Below, piece after piece: positions 40,901 to 53,682 of a DNA stretch of 64,000 bases. Each line of letters starts with the position of its first letter. The first letter of the stretch is position 1. Both the position numbers and the translations under genes were made by a program. The stretch comes from Octopus vulgaris. Lineage: Eukaryota. Where the stretch lies: positions 23,064,001 to 23,128,000 of the forward strand of contig OX597822.1 in assembly GCA_951406725.2 (NCBI GenBank). The letters run 5' to 3'. The notes under the pieces were generated by a model. It had not been told where the DNA came from, made no database searches, and saw nothing but the letters and a program-made list of their open reading frames with translations.

Positions 40901-43429
40901 GATACATACATACACACACATACATATGTATATACTCATACACACGTGTGCACACACATACATATATACAGTTTATGTCAATAGATTTTCTATAGACTTC
41001 AGAGCCAGCACTGCAAGTGACGACATTTCATAGTCTATAGATAATCTATAGAAATAAACTTAGAAGTGAGAATATCGCACTGCTAACACAAAAGACACAA
41101 TATTGTCTTGCAAACCTTTATTATGATTGCTATACGAAATACCGTACCCTTTCCGGCAGATATTATGTACTTACAAGTTGTCAGGAATGTATTTTTAATA
41201 TGTAAATTGGTCTGTCCAATTGTGCCACACTGCTAAACTTAGGTGGCATTTAAGCAATGTGTTCATGGATAGTTAATGGGTTAGATGTGGTACTGATGAA
41301 AGAGCAATAGTTTTTGAAATACGCATATACACGTCTACATGCGCGCGTGCATATGAGCGTGCGTGTGTAATATGTTAGGGACTCTCCTGACGTTAGATGA
41401 TGGATGAAAGTTCCGCAGCTTTTTACTGAACAACCAAAAAGATAGTTTGTTTATGGTGGTGATCAAAATGTTTGCATTCACATAAGCCCACTCTCGCCAG
41501 CAAATCGATATTGCCTATGCGGGTGCACAAGTGTGTAACATGTCAGATGTTGAAATGATTGCAGAACAAAGTGAAACTAAGTGTTTTGCGCATAAACACA
41601 ACGCACCGCCCAGTCTGGAAATCGAAACCACAATCTCATGATAATGAGTGCAACATCCTAACCACTAAGCCATGCTTCCCCCCTCTCTCTCTCTCTCACA
41701 CACACACAAGTGGGTTCCCTATCTATGCAATAGACTGGAAATTGCCTCCTCCTCGTAACTTTCACCACCAGAAATGTAGTGATGTGCACAAATGCATTAT
41801 ATATATAGGGATCTGAATTCCAAACCTAAAATGATGTAATTAAATACAGCAAGACATCTTGTCTGCTGCTCCGCTACCGATTCTGCAAATCTACTACTTA
41901 AATAATAAATAGTAACAACGAGTTCTTCACATTGGCACAAGGCCACAAATCTATTATTACAAAAGGAAGAGTCGATTCGATCAAACTAGCAGTATTAAAT
42001 TGACCTAGTTTATCTTGTCACGAGGTGTCTTGGTAAAGAATATTTGGACTTTTCGGTAGGTAAATGATTAAATTGAAACCTGTTTAAGGGCGAGAAAAAT
42101 TAAGCCCGATCTTGATTGATTTATGTTTTATTAAAATTACAATGAAAGCTAACGTTATTAAATTTAAATAAAACACTGCATTATCGTTTGCAGTTAATAA
42201 TAATAAAGAGGCGCATCTGCCAAAATATGGTCGAAGGTATGTTAACAGCTACCAAAATTTAACGATCGAGAAGCGCGTGCGCGTGGATGTGTGTGTGTGT
42301 GTGTGTACATAAATACACACAAACGGTAAGCACTATTATTTGTATAATTCTCAAGCCATTTCCGTACGGCACTACTGGTAGCACCACTATTAGTAGCTTT
42401 TATGAACAGACATTGTTAAATAATATAATGCTTAACTATAACAAATATTCACAAGGGTTGCAGAGGTTTGAACATGGCAAAGGACCACAGAGGCTAGCAG
42501 TTAAGGGCCTTTTCTTTCTTTTTTTATAGAAAAAAATTTTTTAACCTAAGCTGAAATCTTTTAAAAGAAAGACAAAGTGATAGATTCAAAGAAAAACTCA
42601 GCATGCTCCAAAATATCTTACTTGCTTATTAAAGAGAATTTAAGTATCAAAAATATCTATAAGTGATAATTTGATATTGTAAAATAGATAATTATAAAAT
42701 AAGATATATCAAATATAATTCAGACGGTAATTTAAAATCACACACACACACATACATACACACATATATTTCAAAATCAATCCCAAAAGTATGAAAGTAG
42801 AGTTTGATATATTTTTACAGCAGAAAAAAAAAATCAAAACAAAGGCAACACAAATGAAATGAAAAATCCGATGGCTTAGAAGAATTAAGAACTGTTTGCA
42901 AGACTGATACAGGATAACTGCAATGAATAAATAAATGTGTGAAAAGGGGGTGAAAGCGCAGAGGAAATGGGTTGGGGTGGATAACGAATTAAGAGTGGAG
43001 GCTAACATTTCCTTTCCGATATATCTTAGAAACTTAAAACGGAATCCTGTCAAGGCAGCAGGGAAAGGAGAGATAGTAAAAGAAAAAATAAACAAACACA
43101 ACAATATAAACAATCTTTAAAAAAGCAGTCAGTCAGTCATCCAATGCAAAAGGAAAAAAACGAACGAAGGAAGGACGAAAGCTCATCTGCAACAGATCGT
43201 TTAGCTGCTGTTTTAAAAACAACAGTCGGCCGTCGTCGTTGCCATTAATCACATGTCCCTTCTAACTTAAAACATCGATAGGAAAAACCTCGTGACACGA
43301 TCGATACAGACTGCTTGTTTCCTGTTTTTAGTCATGTGACTTATCCGAAATTTGTCTGCAGCTTCCAGCTCCCCCCCTCTCCATCTCATTATGGCATTTA
43401 CAGCTATGTCATTTAGACATCATTTTCAT

Positions 43430-43830
43430 AAACCATATCTCTTTCCTCTCTGCTTAAACTCTCTTCTCTTTATGCTCTCTCTCTCTCTCTCTCTCTCTTA
43501 TTCTCCCTGCCTAAATAAACTTCCCCTCTTTCATTCATGCCCTCTTCCTCCCTTTGCCTAACCCTTTCTGCTTTGTTCATGCTCTCTTCCTCTCTACCTA
43601 AAAATATCTCCCTTTCAAGCTCTCTTCCTCTGCCTAAACTCCTTCCTCTTCTTCTCTTTGCCTAAACTGTCTGCTCTTTATGCTCTCTTCCTCTCTCTAT
43701 TTCAACTCCTTCTTCATTCATGTCCTCTTCCACTCTCTGCATAAACTCTCCCCTCTCCATTCATGCCCTCTTCCTCCCTCTATCTCTCCTCTTCACGCTC
43801 CATTCCTCTCTCTATTTTACACGTTTCTGC
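43430..43830. repeat. Degenerate pyrimidine-rich repeat
   Basis: Recurring CTCTCTTCCTCTCTGCCTAAAC / TTCATGC(C/T)CTCTTCCTC motifs. Confidence 0.75.
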
Positions 43831-44251
43831 TTAAATATCAGGTGTTTAGTACTTCACTACAGCCCACCTCCCCCAGGAATTAAAAATTAAAATTAGATAT
43901 AACACACAATTCTTCCAATAATTAAAAAAAAAATTATTAAAAAACTTTAAAAAAAAAAAAAAAAGCAACAGCATGAACTAATTATAAAACCAAGTAAGCA
44001 ACCAAAATGCTGTTCTTCCATGCTATCATGGGTTAAATGAATATATTATCAAGGAATTATTTTAGTTGAATAACCTTCTTGTTGTTAGCCCTTACCTGTT
44101 TATCAAGCAAAGAATTTCTTATTTTGCACATCTTTGAAGGCGCCAAGCCAATGGTTAAGTTGATAAGAGAAATAACAACACCAGAACTTGTAGGTAAACA
44201 GACTCAAATGCATCATACTCACACTTAGATATTTTTTCTTGCATCATTTAA

Positions 44252-44472
44252 CCCTTTCATTACCAATCCGGCTGAAACCGTCTCTGGCTCTGTAGTACAA
44301 ATGTCTTGTTTTCATAAGTTTTGAATTAAAATCTTTCACTGAACCTTAGTCACAATTTATGTTCCTAACACTAGCTTAGTGATAACTAAGTTATTTTACT
44401 AAATTCTTTGTTATATTTAAAGTAATTGAAAGAAACACAGACCATCTCAAAATAAATACAGCAATGAAAGGG
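44252..44472. mobile_element. TTAA-flanked ~220-bp MITE (piggyBac-like)
   Basis: TTAA|CCCTTTCATTAC ... GCAATGAAAGGG|TTAA. Opposite orientation to the 27009 copy. Confidence 0.88.
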
Positions 44473-44721
44473 TTAATGCTCAGAGGGGATTTTTTTTCTT
44501 CCCTCGGCAGTGCATGTTTGTAATTGGTGACACAGGCACTGAGCTTACGAGAGCTGAAGAAGTGCAATGATAAAAGTATTGTTGATTATACAGAAACTTG
44601 AAGTCCTGAATGTAAGTCCCCATACCTGTATCATTCAATAAATATAGTCTGATATTTTGAACAATATTGAGATGTATCTCTTTTGTCACCACTCAATATC
44701 TCTCTCTCTTACTTCACACAC

Positions 44722-44774
<53 letters not shown>

Positions 44775-45514
44775 CATGTGGAAGTGGGAGACTCAGGAAG
44801 ACATGGGATGAAGTACTGAAGAATGAACTCAGGACGCTGACCCTTTCAGGTGAAACGACAAAGGACCGAGACGCCTGGTGCCTTGCTGGTTGGTGTTAAG
44901 AAGGGCATGCAGCCATAGAAACCATGCCAAATCAGACTGGAGTCTGGTGCAGCTCCCCTGCTCTGGGTAAACTGTCTAACCCATGCCAGCATGGACAATG
45001 GACATTAAATGATGATTTTTATATAAATAAATAAATAAATATATATATATATATATATATGTAGCTTGTTACAGTTACCATTCATCAAATTCACTTGCAA
45101 GGCTTAGGTCAAACAAGGGCTATTGTAGAAAGCCCTTGCCTAAAATTCCATGTAGTGGGACGGAACCACATGGCTGGGAAATGAATCCCTTAGCCATTGA
45201 ACCATGTTTGAGCCTTGCAGATAAGCTATGCACACACAATGGAACTGAACCCGGAACCGTGTGGTTGGGAAGCAAACTACTTACCACACAGCACACGTGT
45301 GTGTATGTGTGTGTGTATGTGTGTGTGTATAAATAAAATTTCAATATGGAGCAAGTAATTCACGAGAAAATAATTCAGGAAATTATTCTCGTGAATTCTT
45401 TGCTCCGTATTGAAATTATTTTCACATTGGTGGCTGCCATGATTTCAGCGCAAAGTGAACCAGTTGCAGTACAGACTTCGACATGATGGGTTGGGGCTCT
45501 CTGTCATGGTAACG

Positions 45515-45563
45515 TGTGCTGAAGAAGGTTAGGGCATCATGCCAGTCCAGAAACCAGTCCACA
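45515..45563 (+). ncRNA. Minimal type-I hammerhead ribozyme motif (degenerate stem II)
   Basis: TGTG-CTGAAGA-A-GG..GGCATCATGCC..CC-A-GAAA-CCAG-TC-CACA. Stem I TGTG/CACA, GUC triplet. Confidence 0.55.
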
Positions 45564-46571
45564 GAAGTCCAAAGACTTGAATGTATGCTGAAAGATTGTC
45601 TTAGCTTGTTTGCCTTCAGGCAGTTGATTTCTGTAGTTATTACCAGTGTATTTTAGCAATTTAAATAAGAGTTTTGACTGTTATTTCCAGCAGGTAAACA
45701 TACTTAGTATGTCCTTTGATTAATTTTAGTCCTTCAGCTATATATATATATATATATATATATGCCGGAGTAAGCACATAAATGTGAAACAAGGTGGAAA
45801 AAAGAGTACTCAAATACCAGAGGTAGAGTAATATGCTTTATTTAAAAGCACCAGAAATATAACAAAAGCTGTTATACGTGAAACTCTGAGTAACAGCTTT
45901 TGTTATATTTCTGCTGCTTTTAAATAAAGTTTATGTATGTATATATATATATAATCACACAGATGCATGCATTAATGGATGTGCATGCACAATCTCATAC
46001 ATTCCTTTTTATTAGCAGAAAATTTGCAGAAAAAAATGGAAAAAACAAAATTCCATGCTTTCATATTTGCAATGGCAACAACAATGATGATTATGGCAAT
46101 AATGCTTTGTAATAAATACCATTTAAACAGTTTTAATTCTAGTGTAAAATAGACAGTAAAAATAATAGAGTTCAGATATATTCAAATGAATTTTAATTTA
46201 GTTCTATTGTACAACACAAAGCAACAATATATTTTTAACATTCCTGCCTATATGCATGTGTGTATGCAATCATAAATGTTTATGTTCCTCTGTAAATGTG
46301 TACACACATGCATAATTTCAGAATATTCTGAAAATATTTCCAACATTTCTTTATTACATAACTAATTAATTAATAACTAGTGAGACCCATTATTAATGAT
46401 CTTATTTCTGTTTTCATGCATAAATTTATGGGTCTCTATAATATTGTTTTATTATGATAACGGTTTCAATTATGGTTTTGGTTTTCCTTTCATATTTAAG
46501 CACGTTGCAAGTGTAACATGAACTAGTTTCATTATGAAATAAATCATTTTAATAGTGAGTCTTAGAGTGGA

Positions 46572-46725
46572 CTAGCAGTATCGCCCGGCGTTGCTCAGGT
46601 TTGTAAGGGAAATAACTATAAAGCATTTTTAGAGAGTTATAGCCAAAAAATAGCAAAAAAATGGGTACGAGGAAACAGACACACAGAAACACACACAGAC
46701 AAACTGCCGTTTATATAGAGAGAGA
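46572..46725 (-). mobile_element. Short non-autonomous Helitron
   Basis: Minus strand: A|TCTCTCTCTATATAAA... with an internal TG-rich tract, a 3' GC-rich hairpin CCTGAGCAACGCCGGG and a terminal CTAG|T. This gives TC...CTAG ends inserted between A and T. Confidence 0.75.
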
Positions 46726-49700
46726 TTTAGCAATAAATAATAGAATTTAATATATTAAAGTTTAAAACCCCTCTTGGACAGGGGGAAAAAGTCAAAGGCT
46801 ACAAGTAGGACCCAACACTTCATCTCCTGCATAACCCAGGAGATGAAAGGTCATCACTTTAACTTCCACTTTTTCATGCTTGCATGGGTCAGATGAGAAT
46901 TGTTTCAGGCAGATTTTCTATGGTTGGATATCCTTCCAGTTGCCAACCCTCACTTGTTTCCCCTTGGTCAGATTTGTTTTCATGGAACACTGGAAACGAA
47001 AGGACAAACGGATTAAGTCGATTATATCGACCCCCGAAAGGATTAAAAGGTAAAGTGGAATTTGAACTCAGAACGTAATGGCAGATGAAATACGGCTACG
47101 CATTTCGCCCGGCGTGCTAACGGTTCTGCCAGCTCGCCGCCTTAACCACTAAACCATGCACCTCCATTACTGGTGGGGCGTGTCTGCAAAAAATGGAACT
47201 AAACACTCTTGTGAGCTATACTCAAGGAGAAAATAGTTCAGGATATTTTTGTTTAATCCACCAATTTATCAGTACTTTTCTCACCAACAACCCCACCCTA
47301 CCATGATCTTCCACACTGTTTCCATCAACTAAATTTCATTCATAATCTAAGACTTGCCCAAGTTGCCATACCATATATAGAATTGAATCTGGAATCTCAT
47401 GGCTGCAAAGTATGTTTCTTAATTACTCATTAGTCATGCCCTACAGAGTGAGGAGTAGATATCAAAAGTGCAGGGAATGCTGCATTCCTGACACTGCCAA
47501 TTCCAAGAGATGACCATTGCTCTACCAAGCCTCAGCGGTTACAATCCATGTTTTCAACATTTTATTCAAATTTCTTCATGTTAACAATAATAATTACACA
47601 ATGAGGTTCATTCTACTAATTGAATAATACGGCATATTTACTGATGACCTTTCTTCAAATTTGGAGGTCAGAAATTCCAAGAATTTACATTCATGATTAA
47701 TTACTAATTCCGTACATTTACATGTTCACCAATGTTAATTGATTGATTCTCCAGGGAGATATGTCTACTTGATTTCTTCTATGAAAAGGCAATAAAATAC
47801 CACAGCACACTTCATCAAATTAGGTCGTTAACATATACATACATATTATATATCATCATCATCATCATTTAACATCCGCTTTCCATGCTAGCATGGGTTG
47901 GACGATTTGACTGAAGACTGGCGAACCAGATGGCTGCACCAGGCTCCAGTCTGATCTGGCAGAGTTTCTACAGCTGGATGTCCTTTCTAACACCAATCAC
48001 TCCGAGAGTGCAGTAGGTGCTTTTACATGCCACAGGCACGAGGGCCAGTCAATGGCCACGCTCAAGTGGTGTTTTTTACGTGCCACCTGCACAGGAGCCA
48101 GTCCAGTGGCACTGGCAACGACCTCGCTCAAATATTTTTCATGTGCCATATGTATATATATCATAACTATAATTATACATTATTTACAATAATAAGCAAT
48201 TAAACCTAAACAATTGACTGAAAAAAGATGGGCTGAACCACTGGGAACTGAACATGCATCAATGCTTACATGGCTCCATACACACCCAATTCACCCACAT
48301 AGACCACCCATCAATTTCAGCCAATTTTAATGAATAGATAATTTAAATCTAGAATATATATTTATAAACAAACCCAAAGGCTGTAAATTATAGACTAAAC
48401 CCAAACAATTGAGTGAATTGTCAATTGTCTAGGTCTAGTTGCTTTAAATGGAGCATATATTATTGTAAATAATATATAATTATAGTTATTATTAAAAAAG
48501 ACCTATATGTGTTGCTCTTCTACATGATTTACAGCCTTTGGGTTTGTTTACAAATTGTATATATATATCATCATCATCATCATTTAACATCCGCTTTCCA
48601 TGCTAGCATGGGTTGGATGATTTTGACTGAGGGCTGGCAAACCAGATGGCTGCACCAGGCTCCAATCTGATCTGGCAGGGTTTCTACAGCTGGATGCCCT
48701 TCCTAACGCCAACCACTCCGAGAGTGTAGTGGGTGCTTTTACGTGTCACCGGCATGGGGGCTATATATATATATATACACACCAACCTCATCATTTAACA
48801 TCCACTTTCCATGGGTTAGATGGTTTGACTGGAACTGGTAAGCCGGAGAGCTGCACCAGGTTCCAGTCTGATTTATATATATAACATATATAACAGTCTT
48901 CTTTCAATCAAATCCACTTACAAGGCTTTGGTTGGTCTGGGGCTATAGTAGAAGGCACCCACCAAAGGTGCCACATATTGGGACTGAACCCAAAACTATG
49001 TGATTGGGAAACATACAGCCATGCTTGTGTGAGTGAGTGAGTGAGTGAGTGAGAGAGAAGTTGTTTACACTGAAATATAAGATTGCATTCTTAGTTGTAG
49101 GAAACTAATTTCTATTTGGAACATGCTGTTCAATTTTAAAAGAACCCGCAGGCTCTATTTTGAGGTATATTTGGCTGCTATATTGACAGAGTAATAATAC
49201 TTTCTTTTTTTGCCTTTAATCTTTTTTGCTACAACTTATAAAACTTTCCATCCAAATTGCTTGTAAATTTGTGTTCCATAGACCAGATTAGTAATGTGTA
49301 GGCAGAGCATGGCTGAATGGTTAAGATGGTTGCTTTGCAACCACTGAGATACTGGGTTCAATACTACTGTGTGGCACCTTGGGCAAATAATATTTACTTA
49401 AGTCTCAGGTGGATTGTGCTTACCATTCAAAAGGTACAGGCCTTGTCATACACTGTCATGCTGGTTTGGTCTGAGAATTGCTTTAAGAGTAAAACAGATC
49501 AGCAGTATACTCAACCACTTTCACATTAATGCAGTAGCAGGTGGGAGGGGTGTTTTGTCTGGCAAGTACTTGGTGACCTGACCAGTGCTTGTGCGTTACA
49601 GGTAAGTTCACTGCCATCAATTCACTGTGAAGAAAGTTTACTGAGAAAATATATCCATAGTATCTCACCATTAATAGTTAAAAACTATTTTTTAAAAAAA

Positions 49701-51561
49701 AAAAAAAAAGCAACAAAAATGGTAAATTGATGACAGTGAACTTACTGGACATGGTGGTGGCACCACGAAAATAGCACCCAGTGTATTCTATGAAGTGGTT
49801 GGCATTAGGAATAGCATCCAGCAGTAGAAGTTATGCCAAAGCAGACATTGGAACTTAGCACAGCCCTCTGGCTCATCTGTTCAAGTTGAACCATCCAACC
49901 CATGTCAGCGAGGAAAAAAATATTTGATGATGATGATGATGATAATGACGACAGCCAACCTCTCCGTTTCTCTATATTGGATCTACTGATCATCTTTCTA
50001 GAAATGACTATTCACTATTGTCTCCACTATATTTATTATTTACAAAAGATTTAGTTTTCTTATTCCATTCTGCTAAACTGCTACATTCACTGACAGACTT
50101 CAAATCAAGCCTGACTTCTTGATATTCAACTAAAACTCACAGCTTTGAACTATCTCTCTCTTTTCCCTTCGTCTCTCTCTTCCAACACTAATAAGAAACA
50201 ACATTGAGAAAGCCAAGATTGTTTGTACAGGAACTTCAAGATTATATCTTCAGCCATATCAGTATTAAAATGTAGTTCAGTCAGATAAAAATAAAAACAA
50301 AGCATAAAAAAAAACCTCCCATCCAATTTCCTGCTGCGGACAATGTTGCCTTGTGTCAGGCTGGTACAAACTTAAATATTGAGCTAGCTAGCTTATACCA
50401 GTCTTAGATCAACACTTCCTGGTATAAACCGGTGTCTCAGTAGCTGTAACATAAAGGATGCATTGGAAGTCTTTGGGTGTATCAAAACCTAATGCTGCAA
50501 CTGTCAGTCTCCAATTTCTATGACGACAATTATGATAATGATGGCAGTGAATTTCTCTGTGTGTGTGTGTGTGTGTGTGTGATGGACTATTTTGAAAATA
50601 TCTATTTTATCTTAGTGAAAGAGCAGAGAGGGAGTAAAAAATAACATGCTTCTGAGATAACGTTTTAGACACAACTGAAGTTTAATCTCCGCAGAATGGT
50701 GGTGTCAAAACTTCAATGTTTATACATGAGCGCTGCAAAGTACAGTTGTGTGGTTTAATAAGAAGTTTGATCCGACTGGGTAGCGCCTTCGCAAAAGTTT
50801 CCTACCATATATATTTTCTTTTCTTCGTTTACTTGTTTCAGTCATTAAACTGCAGCCATGCTGGAGCATCGCCTTCAAGGGTTTTAGCTGAACAAATTGA
50901 TCTCAGGACTTAATTCTTCGGCCTAGTACTTATTCTGTCAATCATTTTTGCTGAACTGCTAAGTTATAGGGACATAAACACACCAACACTGGTTGTCAGG
51001 TGGTGTTTGGTTGGGGGACAGATAGACAGACAGACAGACACACACACAGAGGTGGGCTTCTTTCAGTTTTCATCAACCAAATCTACTCGCAAAGCTTTGG
51101 TCGGCCTGAAGCTATAGTAGAAGACACTTGCAAGTGCCACAGAGTGGAACTGAACATGGAACCATGTGGTTGGGAAGCAAGCTTCTTACCACACAGCCAT
51201 GCTTCTTTCAGTCATTAGTCTGTGGTCATGCTGGAGCACTGCCTTGAGGAATTTTAGTTAGACTAATTAACTTCAGTACTTATTTTCTTTTTATGCCTAG
51301 TGTTTATTCTATCAGTCTCTTTTGCTGAACTGCAAAGTTATGGGTATGTAAACACACACACAGGATGGGCTTCCTTCAGTTTCTGCCCACCAAATCCACT
51401 AACAAGGCTTTGGTTAGTCCAAGGCTATAGTAGAAGACATTTGCCCAAGGTGGCATGCAGTGAGACTGAACCTGAAACCATGTGGCTGGGAAGCAAACTT
51501 CTTACCACACAGCCATGCCTGTGCCTATATATATATATATATATATATAAAAACATGGAAT

Positions 51562-51612
51562 TTTGTCAGTGAACAGGTCGCAGTCTCAAAGCGACGAAAA
51601 TATTTTGACAAA
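51562..51612 (+). ncRNA. Minimal type-I hammerhead ribozyme motif with G3-C8 core
   Basis: TTTGTCA-GTGAACA-G-GTCGC-AGTCTCAAA-GCGAC-GAAA-ATAT-TT-TGACAAA. 7-bp stem I, 5-bp stem II, palindromic AATATT helix III. Confidence 0.62.
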
Positions 51613-51747
51613 TTAAATTTAAATGAAGTGAATCTAACGGATTTTGTGTGTTTCTTAAATAACTCATAAATGCCTTCCACGCTGCAATTGTTTTCGTTCC
51701 AGCACACGATCCCAGATCAGGTCACTTGCTATGCAAGTACATCTCCG

Positions 51748-51778
<31 letters not shown>

Positions 51779-53467
51779 GGGAATATAGAGGTGCAGGTGT
51801 GCTGTGTGGTTCAAAAGTTTGCTCCCCAATCACGTTTGCAGGTTCAGTCCTGCCACTTGGTACCTTGGGCTTCAACAGCAGCAGACTAAAGCCTTGTGAG
51901 TGTATCTCGTAGAAATGGAACCTAATAGAGGTCTATCATGTGTGTGTGTGTGTACATGCGTCTTCTTGTCTTCACATTGCATGATAGTTGTAAATGAGTG
52001 TCACTGTCATACAAGCAGTGTCATTCATTTCCAATATTCTGTGGGAACCATGAAATATAACCTCAGAGGAAGTATTACCTAGCTAGGAAGCATAGTGAGG
52101 GCCATCGACAGGAAGAGCATCAACAAATTTCAACCAACCTATACAAGCATCGAAAAGGGGACACTAAAACAAATGACGTTGATAAAGATGATGATGATGA
52201 TGATGACAATGTTAGAGACATCGGAGACAAGAATCAGTTCTATAAATTCTTGTGGTTAATGAGAAGACTAATCCTTTTTTGTTTTTAGTATAAATACTTT
52301 GGTTTAGTTTACACCAAAGGATACTATGTATATAGCAGATAAGTTGCTATTTTGGTGTATAATAAACAAAACTATCACACACACACACACACGTTTATTT
52401 TAATTCTAGTTTCCTTTTATTTATTTTTTTTCATTTAAATGATATTTTTTTCACGAGGCCTTTTATTTAATTTAATTTATATATTTGTTTTTTCTTTTGT
52501 AAAGTTTCAGAGAGATTTGTTTCAATAAATAAAGGCATAAGAAGGAATACCAAGAGGTCCAAAGGAGAATTAAAAATTTAACCTTGATCTAGTCAGAAAT
52601 TTCTTAGAGCCCCCCCCCCCCCACCGTGCATGTGTGTGTGATATAAAATTAAAAAAATTCTACTTGCATATTAGAATGGGGTTAAGATTAAAGAATTCCC
52701 ACGGGTGAGATTGAGGTTGTAGGGGTGGGGAGAGAGAGAAATGAGCAAATATCTCTGTACTTGAAAATGTTAGTTTTCTTCCTGAACTTTCACACAATAC
52801 ACTGACACACATACATGCATGTGCATACACTAACACATACATATATATCCACACATGCATACAAACCTATGTGTGTATGTGCACACACACACACACACAC
52901 ACACACATCACAGATCTTAAAGTGGCTGACTTAAATCTCATTACAAGCACCACTAGAAATGGCCTGTGTCATGTGTCTGCAGAATAAGTTAAAAAAGAAA
53001 TGAAGTAAAAAAAAAAAAAAATCCAAACAAGACTATCATATTATAAACTCTCAGAGAAGGACCTTTACCTCCACCACCATACACACACACCCTGTGACAA
53101 GGTAAAAATGAACCGAGATCTGAAAAGGTGTGCAAGATTTGAAGATGTTTATTATGTTCATCCTTCTCTAGATTTAAGAACTGTGATTATCTTAAATATT
53201 CATGATTAGGCACAGAATTTACTTTTGCTCTTCTTTCGTTTCCCAACAAATAATCGGAGCAAGCACCATAATGTATATTACATATGGCTATCCTATCTAT
53301 GTACCCACTCAACCAGCTCATTTAGCACAGAGAAAATAGATTTGAACGAGAGAACTATAAGTACATTGTGAATTCAAATTTGTCGGAAGGTTATTTCTAC
53401 CCTGTAGAACTTTTAAATGACTCATTATTTAAATGAATACTGTAAAGATTCTGGCATAGTTCGTTAA

Positions 53468-53682
53468 CCTTTTCGTTACTGTATTTATTTTGAGATGCTC
53501 TGCATTTCTTTCAATTAATTTTAAATATAACAAAGAATTTAGTAAAATCACTTAGTTATCATTCAGCTAGTGTTAGGAACATAAATTGCGACTAAGGTTT
53601 GGTGGAAGATTTTAATTCAAAACTTATTTAAACAAGACATTTGTACTCAGAGCCAGTTTCAGCCAGGTTGGTAACGAAAGGG
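53468..53682. mobile_element. TTAA-flanked MITE (piggyBac-like)
   Basis: TTAA|CCTTTTCGTTAC ... GTAACGAAAGGG|TTAA. Confidence 0.88.

Noticed and set aside
47640-47680. CTGATGA...GAAA hammerhead-like words
   Set aside because: No stem I closure or UH site in the right geometry, and the hairpin overlaps the core.
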